DNA of 62,075 nucleotides, counting the filler, from Choristocarpus tenellus KU-1152 (lineage: Eukaryota; Protista; Phaeophyceae): the NCBI GenBank assembly GCA_964200185.2. It is 12 parts of 12 records of this genome, joined end to end, with 100 filler letters (N's around TTAATTAATTAA, not from the genome) between each part and the next. Parts side by side here need not be neighbours in the genome. Positions count along the whole stretch, not along the records: positions 1 to 9,250 come from CAXNAD020003845.1; positions 9,351 to 14,081 come from CAXNAD020013301.1; 10 more parts are not named here. One strand, given 5' to 3'. Below, one piece after another: positions 1-12,500 of this stretch. The notes under the pieces were generated by a model. The model had not been told where the DNA came from, ran no database searches, and saw only the letters and a program-made list of their open reading frames with translations. The position numbers were made by a program, and so were the translations under genes. Position 1 is the first letter of the stretch. Each line of letters opens with the position of its first letter.

Positions 1-1253
1 CTCTCGACCTATCCAACAAACAAAACAGGGGGAGGGATGCTGTGAGGTAGCAGTAAAAAAAAAAGAAGCAGAAAGGCCTCAGTGTTAACCTCCACCTCAC
101 TTTATCAAAAGATAAACCTTTTCTGCGCGAATCAAAGCGCAAACCCAACATATTTGTCTCCTTGGTTATAAGTGGAGTTCGTCGAGGAACAGGAGGTTCT
201 GGTTTGTTGGAGAGTGAGGCACTTTGTGAACTTCCTGTGCGTAGTGGGCATGGAAGATCAAGGTAAATTCACAGCATAAACGAAGAGCCCAAAAAAACAC
301 CGAAATTTTTTGAAATGTGCTTCTAGAGCAGAGTGTACAAAACTGGAGTTCGAAAAGAGTGACTTGGCGATAGACTCAGAAAAATATACCCAACAAATTC
401 ACATTTCATGTTCACGTTCTTGCACCAAGCAATAGGATGATTCTGTCATATAAACAAAGGGATGCAGACAAGCAGATGCATAGAAAAAAAAAAGTTGTGA
501 ATGTACAAACACGCCTTTCCTTTGTGTAAAGAACTCTAACCAACACATTTTCTCGTCTTTGTTTGGAAACTCGGGGGTCAAAATCAAGCTCTCTTCCTCC
601 TCACAGATCCCCCAATGCTGTTGATGAGGACAGCAGAAGCATCACCAAAGACGGGAAATGCAATTTCAATGTAACAATGTAACAATGCTTTATCTCCGGC
701 AAACCCATTTGAGAAAAAAATGGAAATTCTTTCAAAACTGACACCATTTTGGTCATGGTCCAAACAAAACAATATCGGTATTGCATGGTACTCTGCTTTA
801 ATTGTCCTTAAATTAAAGTAGTTTTTCAATAGAAACCTCTATATGAGAAGGAGAAAAAAATGATGCCAAAGGTTAAGATGTTCATTGTACTACTATACAT
901 AAGTGGACAAGTTTTAGGCACTCTACTAGGGTCAGCCCAAAATGATTGATCTTATTGATTGACTGACCTATCACAATGTAACCAAATTTCTTGCAATTGC
1001 AGCCCTTCTGCTCAGTTTGATCATCAATGAAGCACTCAGCTGCTTCCAACTGTTTCATTCTTGTGTGGTATAAATAGGTTAGGTTTGATGTCGACCATAA
1101 GAAAGAAAAAGGTGGAATGTAGACACATTTCCATTCCACTCAACTAAAAGAGGGGAAAAGGAGGTATTAACAATCTCATACAGCACCCAAGCACAGCATT
1201 TCTACTTTATCACAGGTATTGGAGGACTATACTTGGGTACATTGCCAGCTCAC

Positions 1254-3348
1254 CAAAGTTGTACACTCCGAGGGGGATGGGTAAGACAGGGGCAAGACGT
1301 AGGGTCACAACAGTCTTGAATCCCTCTCTAGACACAACCCTTTCCAATGCCTTGAGAACAGGTCGCTTTTCTACCTATGGGGCACATGGGTGTGGGAAAG
1401 TCAAGTTGACTACTTGCTCAAATGGCCCTCTTATGTAGTGGTGGATACAATTCGAGTGGGTGGGCGATACATGGCTATGAATTGGGTGCATGACTGGACA
1501 GTTGAGAGGAGAAAGAAAAAGAAAATTAAAAATTAAAAATTAAAACTCCTCAAAGGACAAATCTCCAGTGTACACAGGTGAAGGTCACATATCAACACAG
1601 ACACACACTCTTGTGTAAGTATTCACTGACCACAGGAAGAATGAAGACTATGAATGATAAACCAACTTAACACGGCCATCTCATGGTCCACAGAAACAAA
1701 GCATGCCTCAAATAACAAGATTTAATATATACCTACACTAGGCACCCCAACCCTAACCGCAAGTGACAACTGATATCCAAAGGAGCACATCAGCTGTGAA
1801 AAAAAATTAACATTCAAATTACAAACTTGTCAACTCCAACGACCATGGGACCACTGAAGTCTAAAGATGCAGGACATGACACTCAAAAGCAGATTTCTTT
1901 ACTACCTCTAACTCCCCTTCTCTCAACCAGCTTGCCCACACTGGAGGAAAAACTTCGAGGTGATGAGCACCTGAGCAACCATGGCCTCCCGAAGCTTGGT
2001 CCTTGCAAGCTGGAACCCCACAATTGACGCGAGTGTGGCACAAACGGACGAGATTAAAGCCCCCTGAAAAACGCCTCCGAATATTATCCCAGAAGAGAGG
2101 GCCAAGGCAATGGAAAGGAAGTCCAACAAGAATGTCTTGGCTACCACCCTGAGGATGCGGTGGGATGCATGTTGCAGATACTCAAGAGGAATCTCTCTCA
2201 GCCTACACAGTATTCAACTCTTCACCCACACAAATCCTGGTATCACCAGAGGCTTCAATGTCACTTTCTCAATCAACACGATCCTATATTGACAAATTAA
2301 AACCGACATTTTGTCCCCACATGACACTGCTGTTTTGCGCCAGATCTATGGTAGAGTAGAGCAACTCGCATGACAGGTTTCCATCTGTGATTGTAAGAAA
2401 GTTCCCACGCATGTGCGTGTTTGTGCACGTACCAGCCACCCAGGAAGTACAAGTATCGAATATCTCCCAGTCCATCGAAGTAGGTTAAGAAGGATGACAC
2501 CTGCTCGCGTATGCCTGCATCTTCCACAATGTCCAGCCCAAGCACCTGGCAGGGTCACGAACCGTAAAAGAACAGCATCAGTATAGATGAGAGAGAGAGA
2601 GAGGATGCTGGAGGTGAATAGTTCCCAACAAGACCGAAATCGGCCCATTGCTGGTCATGTAAAGGTTGGTGATGCATGAATGCATGTCCTCCAACAGTAC
2701 ATTACACTCTTCTTGCAACCTCCTCGTATCTGCTCGCATTATCTCCTGAGATACCAGGTGGGACCTACAGGACGAAAAGAACGATTACATCCAAGTTGGT
2801 GGCATTGGAATGAACGAGAAGGAACTACCTGCTGTATGTTCTACTCTCGTTTCTACAGAAGATCTCTGTTCAGATGGATGCTCTACCTGGACAAGAGCTG
2901 CCCGGCCGCCAAAACGCAGGGTAGCAACACCAATGGCAACCACAGCTGCCGATACAACTACTGCTCCCTTTCCATCGGATGCCAGATCGCCCTTCTCTGT
3001 GGCGGTTCCCGGGCCAGCGATGGCTTCCCGCAAAGATCTGACCGCCTTCGACGTCAACAGAACCCCTCTCGCTATGCTCCTACGACTCTCCCACAACAAC
3101 TCGTGCCCTTCAAGAAATGAATCCTCTTCATCGGCATCCACCCCTCCTTCTCGACCACCTCTCAATGGCCTAACGGTCGGTCGATATGCTATACCGTGGT
3201 TTACACATGTGTTGCAAAGGCCCCACTTTGCATCTTGTCTAAGCGAAAGCTGCTGAGTGGGATAGATATTGAAAGCGACTATAGAATGCAACCAGAGAAA
3301 AAGAATGCATGGATATCTGTGCAATGTCCCACCACCATGTGACCCCAT
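1254..3348 (-). CDS. SNARE-associated (DedA/VTT/Tvp38) membrane protein with probable bipartite plastid-targeting presequence; 3' exons not found
   Basis: In-phase GT-AG exons 3348-2887, 2545-2433, 2148-1971, 1374-1254. Translation includes ALALSSGIIFGGVFQGALISSVCATLASIVGFQLAR and GFKTVVTLRLAPVLPIPLGVYNF (DedA/VTT signature). N-terminus LFLWLHSIVA|FNIYP resembles a signal peptide plus ASAF-type motif. Confidence 0.85.
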
Positions 3349-3572
3349 GGTCAGGTGGGTAAAACGGTGTTCAAATTCAATATTGAATGTGCAATAATGT
3401 AAAAGATGAGTTGGAGAGGAGGTGGTCAGTAAGTTGAGGTTTTCGATTATTTAGGGAGGGGCAACAACCAACAAATAAATGACTTCTCATCAAACTCCTG
3501 CAATCAACTTGTCCAAACCAAATCTACCTTGTCCTGTTTCCTAACACGGATTCAGGCGGCGTGAACATCCCG
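3349..3572. promoter_or_regulatory. Probable bidirectional promoter between the DedA and 2OG-dioxygenase genes
   Basis: Head-to-head ATGs at 3348 (-) and 3573 (+), 224 bp apart. Depends on the tentative first dioxygenase exon. Confidence 0.5.
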
Positions 3573-6500
3573 ATGGTCCCCATGAAGATCCCAGCGTTGT
3601 TGTTGGTAGTTGCACTATGGCTGTCCTTGTCCTCTGGCGACGTGGTGGGAGATAATGAAGCTGATTTATGCTCCGCAGAAAAGCAAGTATAAACCTACAT
3701 GTCCAATACAATCCTGATAACACTCTTCGCCCTTTCTTCTCTATCCTGACCCCTGGGCGGAGTGTGGCCTCTTACCTGGCCTTAAAGTCAGCAAGTATTA
3801 TCCCGGTGGTGTGAGCACAGCTTTACATTGATAATATCTTGCTGTAGTCTTGTTTGTGCTTTTATCCTTTACTATACAAGGGTTAGTATTAATCTCCAGC
3901 AAATATGTAGGGTCGAGGAGATTCGAACGGATTTGATGCAACTCCAAAGACTAGACGGAATGCCTGAAGGCGCTGCTATTACCTTGAAATTGCAGGGGTA
4001 AGTGTTTTTGTCCTTTGTGGCATGTCACCAGGTCCCCACTCCGCATGCACTTCCTATCATCCGAATCTCCAGGTCTCAGTTCAAGTTGGGTCCATCCTCG
4101 TCTACTGAAGAGCAATTGTTGAAAGTTCCTGAAATTGACATTGGACCCGTCATCTTTCCTGATTCCCACACACCCGAGGAGTTGGAACGTACTGTAGTGT
4201 CAATCTCGAGAGCTTGCAAAAACTGGGGATTCTTTCAGGTTCTATGTCGCCGTTTGTTGGTCGTATTGTCTCGCGTTCCTCCATTAGGGCCCAAGCGTTT
4301 GCGAATTAGATTGTGACTCTATGGCAATGCAGTTCACAATGGTGTTTGAAATGTTGTGTCTCACCTGAGCGGTCCAGGGTCTCCACGGTGTTGCATTGAA
4401 ATTGGGTGCTGCTAATTGATACGTCGACCTGGCTTCTGCATATCTGCATACCTCCAAATAGGATACCTTAGGCGATTTGGTATCACTTAGTGTTGCTGCT
4501 TTTCTTCCTCACCTTTCACTTGCCACCAATAGGCGCTGAATCACGGTATCCCTCAAGATCTCATTGAAAGAGTCCAGGCAAAAGGGAGGGAGATGTTTGC
4601 CCTGCCAAGGGAAGAAAAGGTTGTTTTCAAGGTGAGAAATGAGAAAATGAAGCAGAGAGAGTCGGCAGACATAGGAATTCCAAATCCGTGACCCACATCC
4701 AGCTTACCTTGGCAATGAGTTGTCAACCTTTCCACTTTCGATCTCGTAACACACGCTCTTCATCCATACATCAATGTTTAGTCACTCAACCCACTCCTTC
4801 ATCAACTGAAGATTGACGAAACCTTCTGGCAACGGTGACATTCGGTTGGCTGTATGGCGTGCTTCCTGCTGACCCCTTCCCCCTTCTCTCTGTCCTTGGT
4901 CCCACCAACCCTGAATATAATATAAACAAAAACAATGGGATAAATCCATGAAGCGCACTGAAGACAACGCACGGGGATGGTTTGATGATGAGCTGACAAA
5001 GCAGACCCTTGACTGGAAGCAAGGTTTTGATATTGGACACGTGCCCCACCCAGACCTTGATCCAAGCCACCCCGCCAATGTGGTAGCAGAGGGCTTCAAC
5101 CAGTGGCCAAACAATGTCAAAGATTTCAAGGTATGTAGTTGTTTAAGTAGTGGTTTGAAGCTAGGGGGTGGTAATGTCTTCTACTCCTTTTGTGAAGTTG
5201 AGTGCACTATGTGATTTTTGGTTATCACGTTTAATGAGTAGGTTGGATGAGTCTGTGTGGTGAGACATTAGTTGTATACTAATGTTGCTCCTTCTACTGC
5301 TATGAGATGAGCAGGTTCTCTGCATGTGTGCACTTCCAATGAAATGGTTGAGCCACCTGTTTTGCCATGTGGTGACTGATTACCTAACCACACCTTGTGG
5401 TTAATTGCTTTTGGTCATTTGACATTCCTTATCCTCCTGCAAAACCTAGGAGTGATGAGTTGTTGTATGTTGTGGTGCTGTCACCTAATGCCCATTATGG
5501 GGAGTGGAGACCAAAGGGGCATGTTCGTTTCATGACAGTACACTCAGCAATGCCACCATTGGATGCTTCTCCCAATGTTTGAGTTGGATCTATAGTAGTG
5601 CTAGGCCCTATCCCTACAGTATTTCAATATGCTCTGGCACTACAAATCCACCAAAGGGTGTTAGAGTCAGAAGGTCCAGTTACAGGCAAGGAGTGAATGA
5701 CCAGTAGTACAAGCACTGCAAACATACTTTCCAAAGGAGAGACTGTGGCTAATGCAACACTGCCATACCACCATGGTGATGTCCCACGCATGTGATCCAC
5801 TTTTTAGCTCTCTAAGTCACCCCACCAAAATCCCTCATCCCTCCAACCTCTTGTCTTTGTCAAACACACGCGATCTGGGTCCTTCCCCTTAGCTGTCATG
5901 GTACATTCACTGCCAAAGTCGACCTCTTTAATTTGAAGCCTGATCCTTATTACCCCCTCATATTCCCGCAGGAAACAATGGACGCCTTCTACGCCAAATC
6001 AACGGAAGTCTCTGCCCAGCTTATGTGGGGAATAGCCCTCGGTTTGGACCTTGCTTTGACCACACCTGATACGATCGCTGAATATGGACCTTCACACCAA
6101 GAGGGGGGATTCACTGAGCCAGGGGCAAAGGCATGTGCAGAGGCCAAAGCTACCACTGAGGGGGCAAGAAACGGCTTGGGCAAGAGGATGCAAGACGTCC
6201 TTGCAGAGGCATTCCTTGAACACACATCATATCTGAGGCTCAATTATTACCAACCTTGCCCTGAGCCATGCAACCACCTTGCAGTGCACAGGCACACAGA
6301 TTCTGGTGCCTTGACAGTACTGCTTCAGGAGGTTGGGGTCACAGCTCTGCAGGTCTGCATTCCTTTTTTTTATTGGGGCCAGGGCATAGGTAGAGACGTT
6401 ACATGAGGGGGTAGATGAGATGAGATGTGATGAGATGAGGTGTGAACCTGAACATCCTTGCTTGTGTGGATGTATGTGTGTGTTTTCCAACACAAACGGG

Positions 6501-7978
6501 TGAAAGAGAGTGAGTCTCAAACACCAGGTGGGAGCTTAGTGTGGCAATCAGTTGCTTAACAATCTACGGGTGTGGTACCATGAACCAACCAATCAGCTGT
6601 AAGATTATTGCTGTAACGACCCTGGCTTAGTTTTTCCCTGTGTGTTGTTTCCAGGATGTACCTGTGACATATACTAGTATGTCATCAAGTCGAACACTGG
6701 TCCTTGTGTACCCTGTCCAGCATTTCTTCTTGTTTATTTGCAGTTACATCATTCCAATACGTCTTCCAGGGTGGTTACAGTTACGCCATTTATCGTCACA
6801 GAAGTATTCCAATTCGTTCTTTTAACAACTCGTGCGTACACGTAAACACACAGGTTTATTCCACACAAATGGGTCAGTGGATACCCATCTCCCCTGTGGA
6901 GGGCGCTGTTACCATCAATGTGGGGGACATGTGAGGAACAAAACGCAGGCAGTAGGTTATTAGGGCATAGTGGGTCGTGGAGCGAGCACTGTTTTGAGCT
7001 GTGATTGCAAGGATTCGATAGGTATTTATTTCAAAATAAAAAACAATATGACTCTGGGGGTGGATGTAGGTCTTTGGTGGTGCAATAAAGCATTGCTTAA
7101 CAGTTTTGTTATGAGTTTGTTACTGCATGAGTACTAAGACTACTGTGGAGCGTATACGTGGAATGCTCCTTACACCTTCCAGGCACAGTTCCCATCGGGC
7201 TCATTTGTGGATGCTTGGATGGTGAAATATGATCATTTAAAAGATGTGTTGCAAGGTATTCACAGTGGTTACCACTGCCTGTACGGAAAATATATATATA
7301 ATTGTTACATCTCTAACCACATGGAGTATAGCAATGAAGTCCCATAAGGACAGATGTGGGATTAGTTGAGGACAGTCCTCTGCTGCCTTTTATCAATGGA
7401 GTCTCTTTCATGCCCTCTCTTTGCTCACATTTGTACTGACCCTGGAATTGTCGTGACCCCACCTTTCCCCCTGTTTCCACCCCAGGCTTCAAGTATGGAC
7501 AAATGACCTCTATCAGGCACCTGAGCATCGTGTCATCAGCTTCACGGACAGGGACCGCTTCTCAGCCCCCTTCTTCTACAACCCCAGTTACAGTACAGAT
7601 GTATCTCCACTTCCCCAGTTGCTCGGTGGAACAAAAGGCTCTCGTCCAACCCGACCTGAAATCGCCACCCCTGTTGAGGACACCGAGGTAGTGGCGACGG
7701 AGGGTGATGAGGCAGGAGGAGACGGGATTGATTGTGACCTAGAGTTAATCCAGAAAGGTTGTGAAGGAATGTACAATGTTAATAGCAGTGGGGTGGGTGC
7801 AACTATGGGGCAATTCTCGGATGTTGGGGAGGGTGGAGGCGTAGATGTTCCTCCTGGAGCACATTACCGCACTCTGAACTGGGGCAAATTTCGGCTGCGA
7901 CGGTTTGAAGGGGATTTTGCTGACCATGGTACAGAGGTTCAGATAGCTGACTTCCGTGTGGGGGGTGCCGTGGCCTGA
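3573..7978 (+). CDS. 2-oxoglutarate/Fe(II)-dependent dioxygenase (DIOX_N + 2OG-FeII_Oxy, IPNS/GA-oxidase-like)
   Basis: Exons 3573-3682 (tentative, GC donor), 3911-3997, 4073-4238, 4533-4631, 4954-5130, 5972-6352, 6854-6930, 7486-7978, all in phase. Motifs: VPEIDI, RACKNWGFFQALNHGI, LRLNYY, HTD iron ligands, INVGDMLQVWTND, EHRV, RFS (RxS), FFYNP. The core is secure; the first two exons are less so. Confidence 0.93.
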
Positions 7979-8005
7979 GAGATTGGCTGTGGTATTGTAG
8001 GCATA

Positions 8006-8285
8006 GACCCGAATCATTTAAGAGGGTAGGAGCTTTGCCCTATTTGTCCGTTGGGGGCTTGGCTTCCCACGGGTTTTTTATGCCCTTTTTCTTTCTTCTG
8101 TGTGAACACAGTTAGGGTATATTTTAGAAGGTATACCTAAAAGGTATACAGCTGTGAAAGGTGTGTCCGGAGCAAGGATATTGACACTTGCTAACAAACA
8201 CGATAGCCAGAATTCGTCAAAATCGCAACGTTGGATTTTGGACCCCAAATGGACGCAGCCCTACCCTCTTTAAATGGTTTGGGTC
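8006..8285. mobile_element. MITE, long subfamily (diverged copy), 27 bp after the dioxygenase stop
   Basis: Inverted termini GACCCGAATCATTTAAGAGGGTAG ... CTACCCTCTTTAAATGGTTTGGGTC. Interior matches the copies at 12474-12730, 13865 and 57764. Confidence 0.85.
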
Positions 8286-9187
8286 AAAGCTTGAGAGTGT
8301 TGGTTGGTGTGGGGTAGCAGTGTTGTTTGCGTCTTCATATAAAATCATTAATGTGGGATATCTATGCACCTACCTGGCTCTGCAAGGAGTCGGTTTTTGA
8401 CTGAATTTGTGTATATTGTTGACAGATGGTTTTGTCTAGTCTTGTTTTTTGCTGTTTCCCTATATACACAGAATGTTTTTTTTAACTGTGTGCAATATCC
8501 TGTCTGGTACTGGGGGTGGCAGGTTGAGCAGATCATTCATTTCACTCGACTGGAATTTGGTATGCACAATGGTTGATGTGCAACACGAAGTTATGAAAGG
8601 AGATGTTTTTTTTGCATTCCCAAGCATATTCCTAAGAGGAATGGAATGTGCCTTGTGTATAAATGTGTTCGCTTTTCTCTCCATAAGACCATCCTGTCTC
8701 GGTATATATATACTCGAAATATATATACTGCTGTGCATTTCAATCCCATTTTGGAACTGTGCAACTTTGAGAAACCAATGACGGTATGAAGCATTGACTT
8801 TTATTTGTATTATTATTATTATTATTATTTATTGGGTCTCATTCTGAAATTATTTTCTTGGGTATACTGCACCTACCTGGAATCCCCCTTTATTGTGACA
8901 GGCATGCATACATGCATCTAATGTGGATGGGCCCGTATATCTGCATCAAATTAGTTTGAGAGAGGTATAAACGTGAGTAGTGAGATGTGCAATTGCTAAC
9001 AAAACCTATTGTTGTAACTATATAAAACTTGGGGATACCTCCATTTCCCTTATAAAATGAGTATGGACATGGGTTTCATACACGTACAGGTTGTGGATTC
9101 ATACGTAGTCCCTCAGGAAGTATGGATAATTATGGTGCTATATCGGGGTAAAAACCCTGTATGGACAACTATGATATTCAGAGAGGT

Positions 9188-9250
9188 GACCCAAAGTATC
9201 TGGGGGGGGGGGGGGGGGGGGCTAAACAAGAGGGGGGAGCACCCGTCGGA
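9188..9250. mobile_element. Poly-G MITE end at contig break
   Basis: GACCCAAAGTATCT followed by a G-run, as in the complete copy at 37075-37254. Confidence 0.8.
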
Positions 9251-9350
9251 NNNNNNNNNNNNNNNNNNNNNNNNNNNNNNNNNNNNNNNNNNNNTTAATT
9301 AATTAANNNNNNNNNNNNNNNNNNNNNNNNNNNNNNNNNNNNNNNNNNNN
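9251..9350. other. Artificial contig-joining spacer (first of 11)
   Basis: N44-TTAATTAATTAA-N44 places stops in all frames. Identical spacers start at 14082, 22110, 25287, 33677, 39106, 43405, 46185, 51281, 54637, 57533. Confidence 0.98.
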
Positions 9351-9406
9351 CCCGAATGGACACCCTGGTGTAGACCGCCTCCCCCCCCCCCCAGATACTT
9401 TGAGCC
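9351..9406. mobile_element. Poly-G MITE end at contig start
   Basis: TGGACACCCTGGTGTAGACC-(C)n-AGATACTTTGAGCC is the reverse complement of the left arm of the 37075 copy. Confidence 0.85.
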
Positions 9407-9599
9407 AACAAGAACCGTACGAAGAAGAGCCTTGATGAGGGGGTTCCAAATCCAGTCTTGGGGCTGATTACAGGAAAAGTGAAAATGTTGGGGTCATAGT
9501 CATTCCCCGAGTCCTCCCAAAATAATGTCACATTGATCTGATCTGACAGAATGCTTACCTGAGATGACCCCACGATGATTTGAAACGGCACGAACTTTA

Positions 9600-12500
9600 G
9601 AAGATGCTATGGTCGACATGAATACATCCATGTCCTTTGTCCAGGAACACATCGATATGTTGAAAATAATCTCGTGGAAAGTGTGGTCTGATATGGACCG
9701 TTGACCTCAGACCCTCATGCCGCAAGTGCCAAAGCACCGATGTCTAGTTACTACAGGTTGCTACAGAACAAATCAGACTGAATCTGAGCTATTGAAATAT
9801 TTGATTTATTTTTACATCGTTTCAAAAGCATTGTCAAGAGAGAGGTTGATGATGGTCTTGTTCTTATCTTACAATGCTACCAAAAACATCCCTTGAAACC
9901 TCCTTCATATGAATATTTCCTGCCAACTTTCTCGGTCGGTTTTCTGAAATACCTTTTTTGCCAAAAAGTACAGTGACACCTACCTCTCTATGTCGCAACG
10001 AGCATAATCCAAATATGGGCTCAGAACTATTGTAACTTGATTAAACGCTACTAAAGGCGAACTGTTGATGTGCTGGGAAAAAAAAAATTGAAACCGTCAT
10101 CTCTGGCTTTGTTGGAGCTTTCCAATGATAATACTCTGGCTAAATGTGTTCAACATCACCGATCTCCAAGAACTATTTGATATGCAGACAACAGTTTACT
10201 GGAAAAATTGCATCGCCTGCATGATATGTGTAAATAAATTACCATCATACTATCTTCTAGCTGCCAGATTTTTATTGTCAATCAGGAAAGATCTGATCTC
10301 CAATTTTTGTTGGCGGGTTCAAAAACTGAGCCCTAACACTAGACCAAACACTGTGCCATTGCCTGCACCGGTCTTGAAGTCGTAGAAAGGAAAATTCTTG
10401 CAACTACTGTATTGGCATGGACTATCACAGAACCTTGTTCCACACAGGTGAACGCGTTTATATAGGGGCATGTTTGCCCATGCATTTTTTTTTTTCATCA
10501 CCATACCTTGTGTGAGAACGCGTTGGGGCAGTGCCAAGAACCATTGATACGAAAAAGAAAAGATAAGTAAGATCAAGGGAGAGAGAGAGATCAGGCGTGG
10601 AGAGTAAAAAAAAAACGAGAGGTAGCCCCAAAGTTGCATTTGAAGGATACTGACAAATATGTACAAAATCCGCATATTTTTACAAAGGCGTGAGTGTGTA
10701 TATATATATAGGATATTCTCCGAATTGTTCCGATTTTTTTTCCAGCAGTAGAGAACCAGCGTCCTCCTTGAGTCAAACTTAGCGCTTGACCCATAAAAAC
10801 ATGAGCAATCTGTGATAGATTCAAAAAGCTGACTTGAAATGTAAAAGAGTCAACACCCTCGTCCCTCTTATTTGCTTTGATTTAGAGGGTGTTGCAAGAC
10901 AAATGAAAGCCATTGACTCAAACTGGCAGTTACACTGCTTTTTTATGGGGCAAATGTTACTTCTCGTGTCATATCCCCTGTCCTTTCTATCTCATCAATA
11001 CTATTCATCTTGGAGTGATCCAGTCATAACCTCTGACTGCTTCCCCGAGCTCACGCCCATATAGATTGTTGGATGCATGCTGGAACTACTTCAGCATTAT
11101 TTGGTTGAGAAGATTGCAATTAAAATTCTGCCTATATCACATTATACTACCACTTCCTTTTAGGCACCTTGTTCGTCCAGGCCATAGCTCTTGGCCTCCC
11201 CTTTCACCTGAGACGTAGAACTCTCTATTGAGCCTTGCAGGGCTGAAAATCAGCATATCCCTTAACCAACGAAGCTCCCTTCATCCAGGCGGAATATGAG
11301 TTCGGTGGGTTTTTTGAAAATATGAGGGATTGTGGCCGCAACATCGAGCTGGGAAATGTGGTTGTCATCATTGGTCTTCCACAAGTGAGGATGGATGTAG
11401 GCATTGAACAGACATTTACTTAACTTCAGTCCCTTACAAGTGCACGCTGCCGTGCCAACAACAGCATATCACTGATCAGGCCTGCCATGTTATGACAGTC
11501 GTTCAAAGCGTCCTCTCATGCACCAATTTTTAGTTTCGGAGCTTAACTGATTACATACAAGTTCGACATGTGTGCTATGTCCTTAGTAGTTGTGCAAAGT
11601 GCTGATACACCACTTATTTTGTGTGTATTCTTATCCCATCATGTATGGCAGGACAAATCCTGCAGTAGATACACTACAGCCATCACAACTACAATACGAA
11701 TCCTGTCCGAAAACCTAATTGTGCTCTACACCCTCACCAATATTGTGCTAACTTACGAGGTTCTGGTCTCAGAGGTGGAACGTCTCAAATTCATTTTAGA
11801 AACACGCCTGGCAGGCTGTGTTGGGCAGGTCAAGTCAAGCTACCAGCCCATGGCTACTGGACATACGAAGGGGTGAGACTCTCTTGTTGAACTGTGCCTC
11901 ACAAAATGTACCTCGAAATAAATTAAATACTATACATAGGGACCAATCAAGACATGCTTCAAGCATCATAAAACAGAACCATAGGAACGAAATGTAAAGG
12001 ACCGTTTTTTGGTGGGCAACTATCTTATTCAAGATGTCATCGATTTCTGTCAAACATGTAAGCAACATTGCACATTTGGTATGGTACAATTGCACGAAGA
12101 AGTTAAAATCACAGATGACACCAGGATATTTACAAATGCCTTCAACCCTTTCTTCCCAAGAGGACACCATACCACCAACCAAACATAAGCCCCTATTTAC
12201 TCCCCTTATTATTGTGCATATGTGAAATAATCGAAAACAACTGGAGCAAATGTCGATCCCTTCTGCCAGAAGAATGGAATCTCTCTGTGGTGTCATTCAT
12301 CTTCTGCAACGATTCTCACTTTCTGGACAGAGTCAAAGCATCTCAAAGGGTAGAGTCGTGTCCGTTTGGGGGCCAAAATCCAATGTTGAGATTTTGATGT
12401 AATTTTGGCTATCATGTTTGTTAGGAAGTGTCCATACCGTTGTTCCGGACATATACATGATACCTACTCCAAAAAAGTATCTTAGAGGGTATGAGTTTTG

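Noticed and set aside
2680-3256. Two long plus-strand ORFs (and 24778-25185)
   Set aside because: Antisense shadows of GC-rich first exons.
9295-9306. TTAATTAATTAA palindrome repeated 11 times
   Set aside because: Always centred in an identical 100-bp N spacer; an assembly linker, not biology. Gene neighbourhoods across spacers mean nothing.
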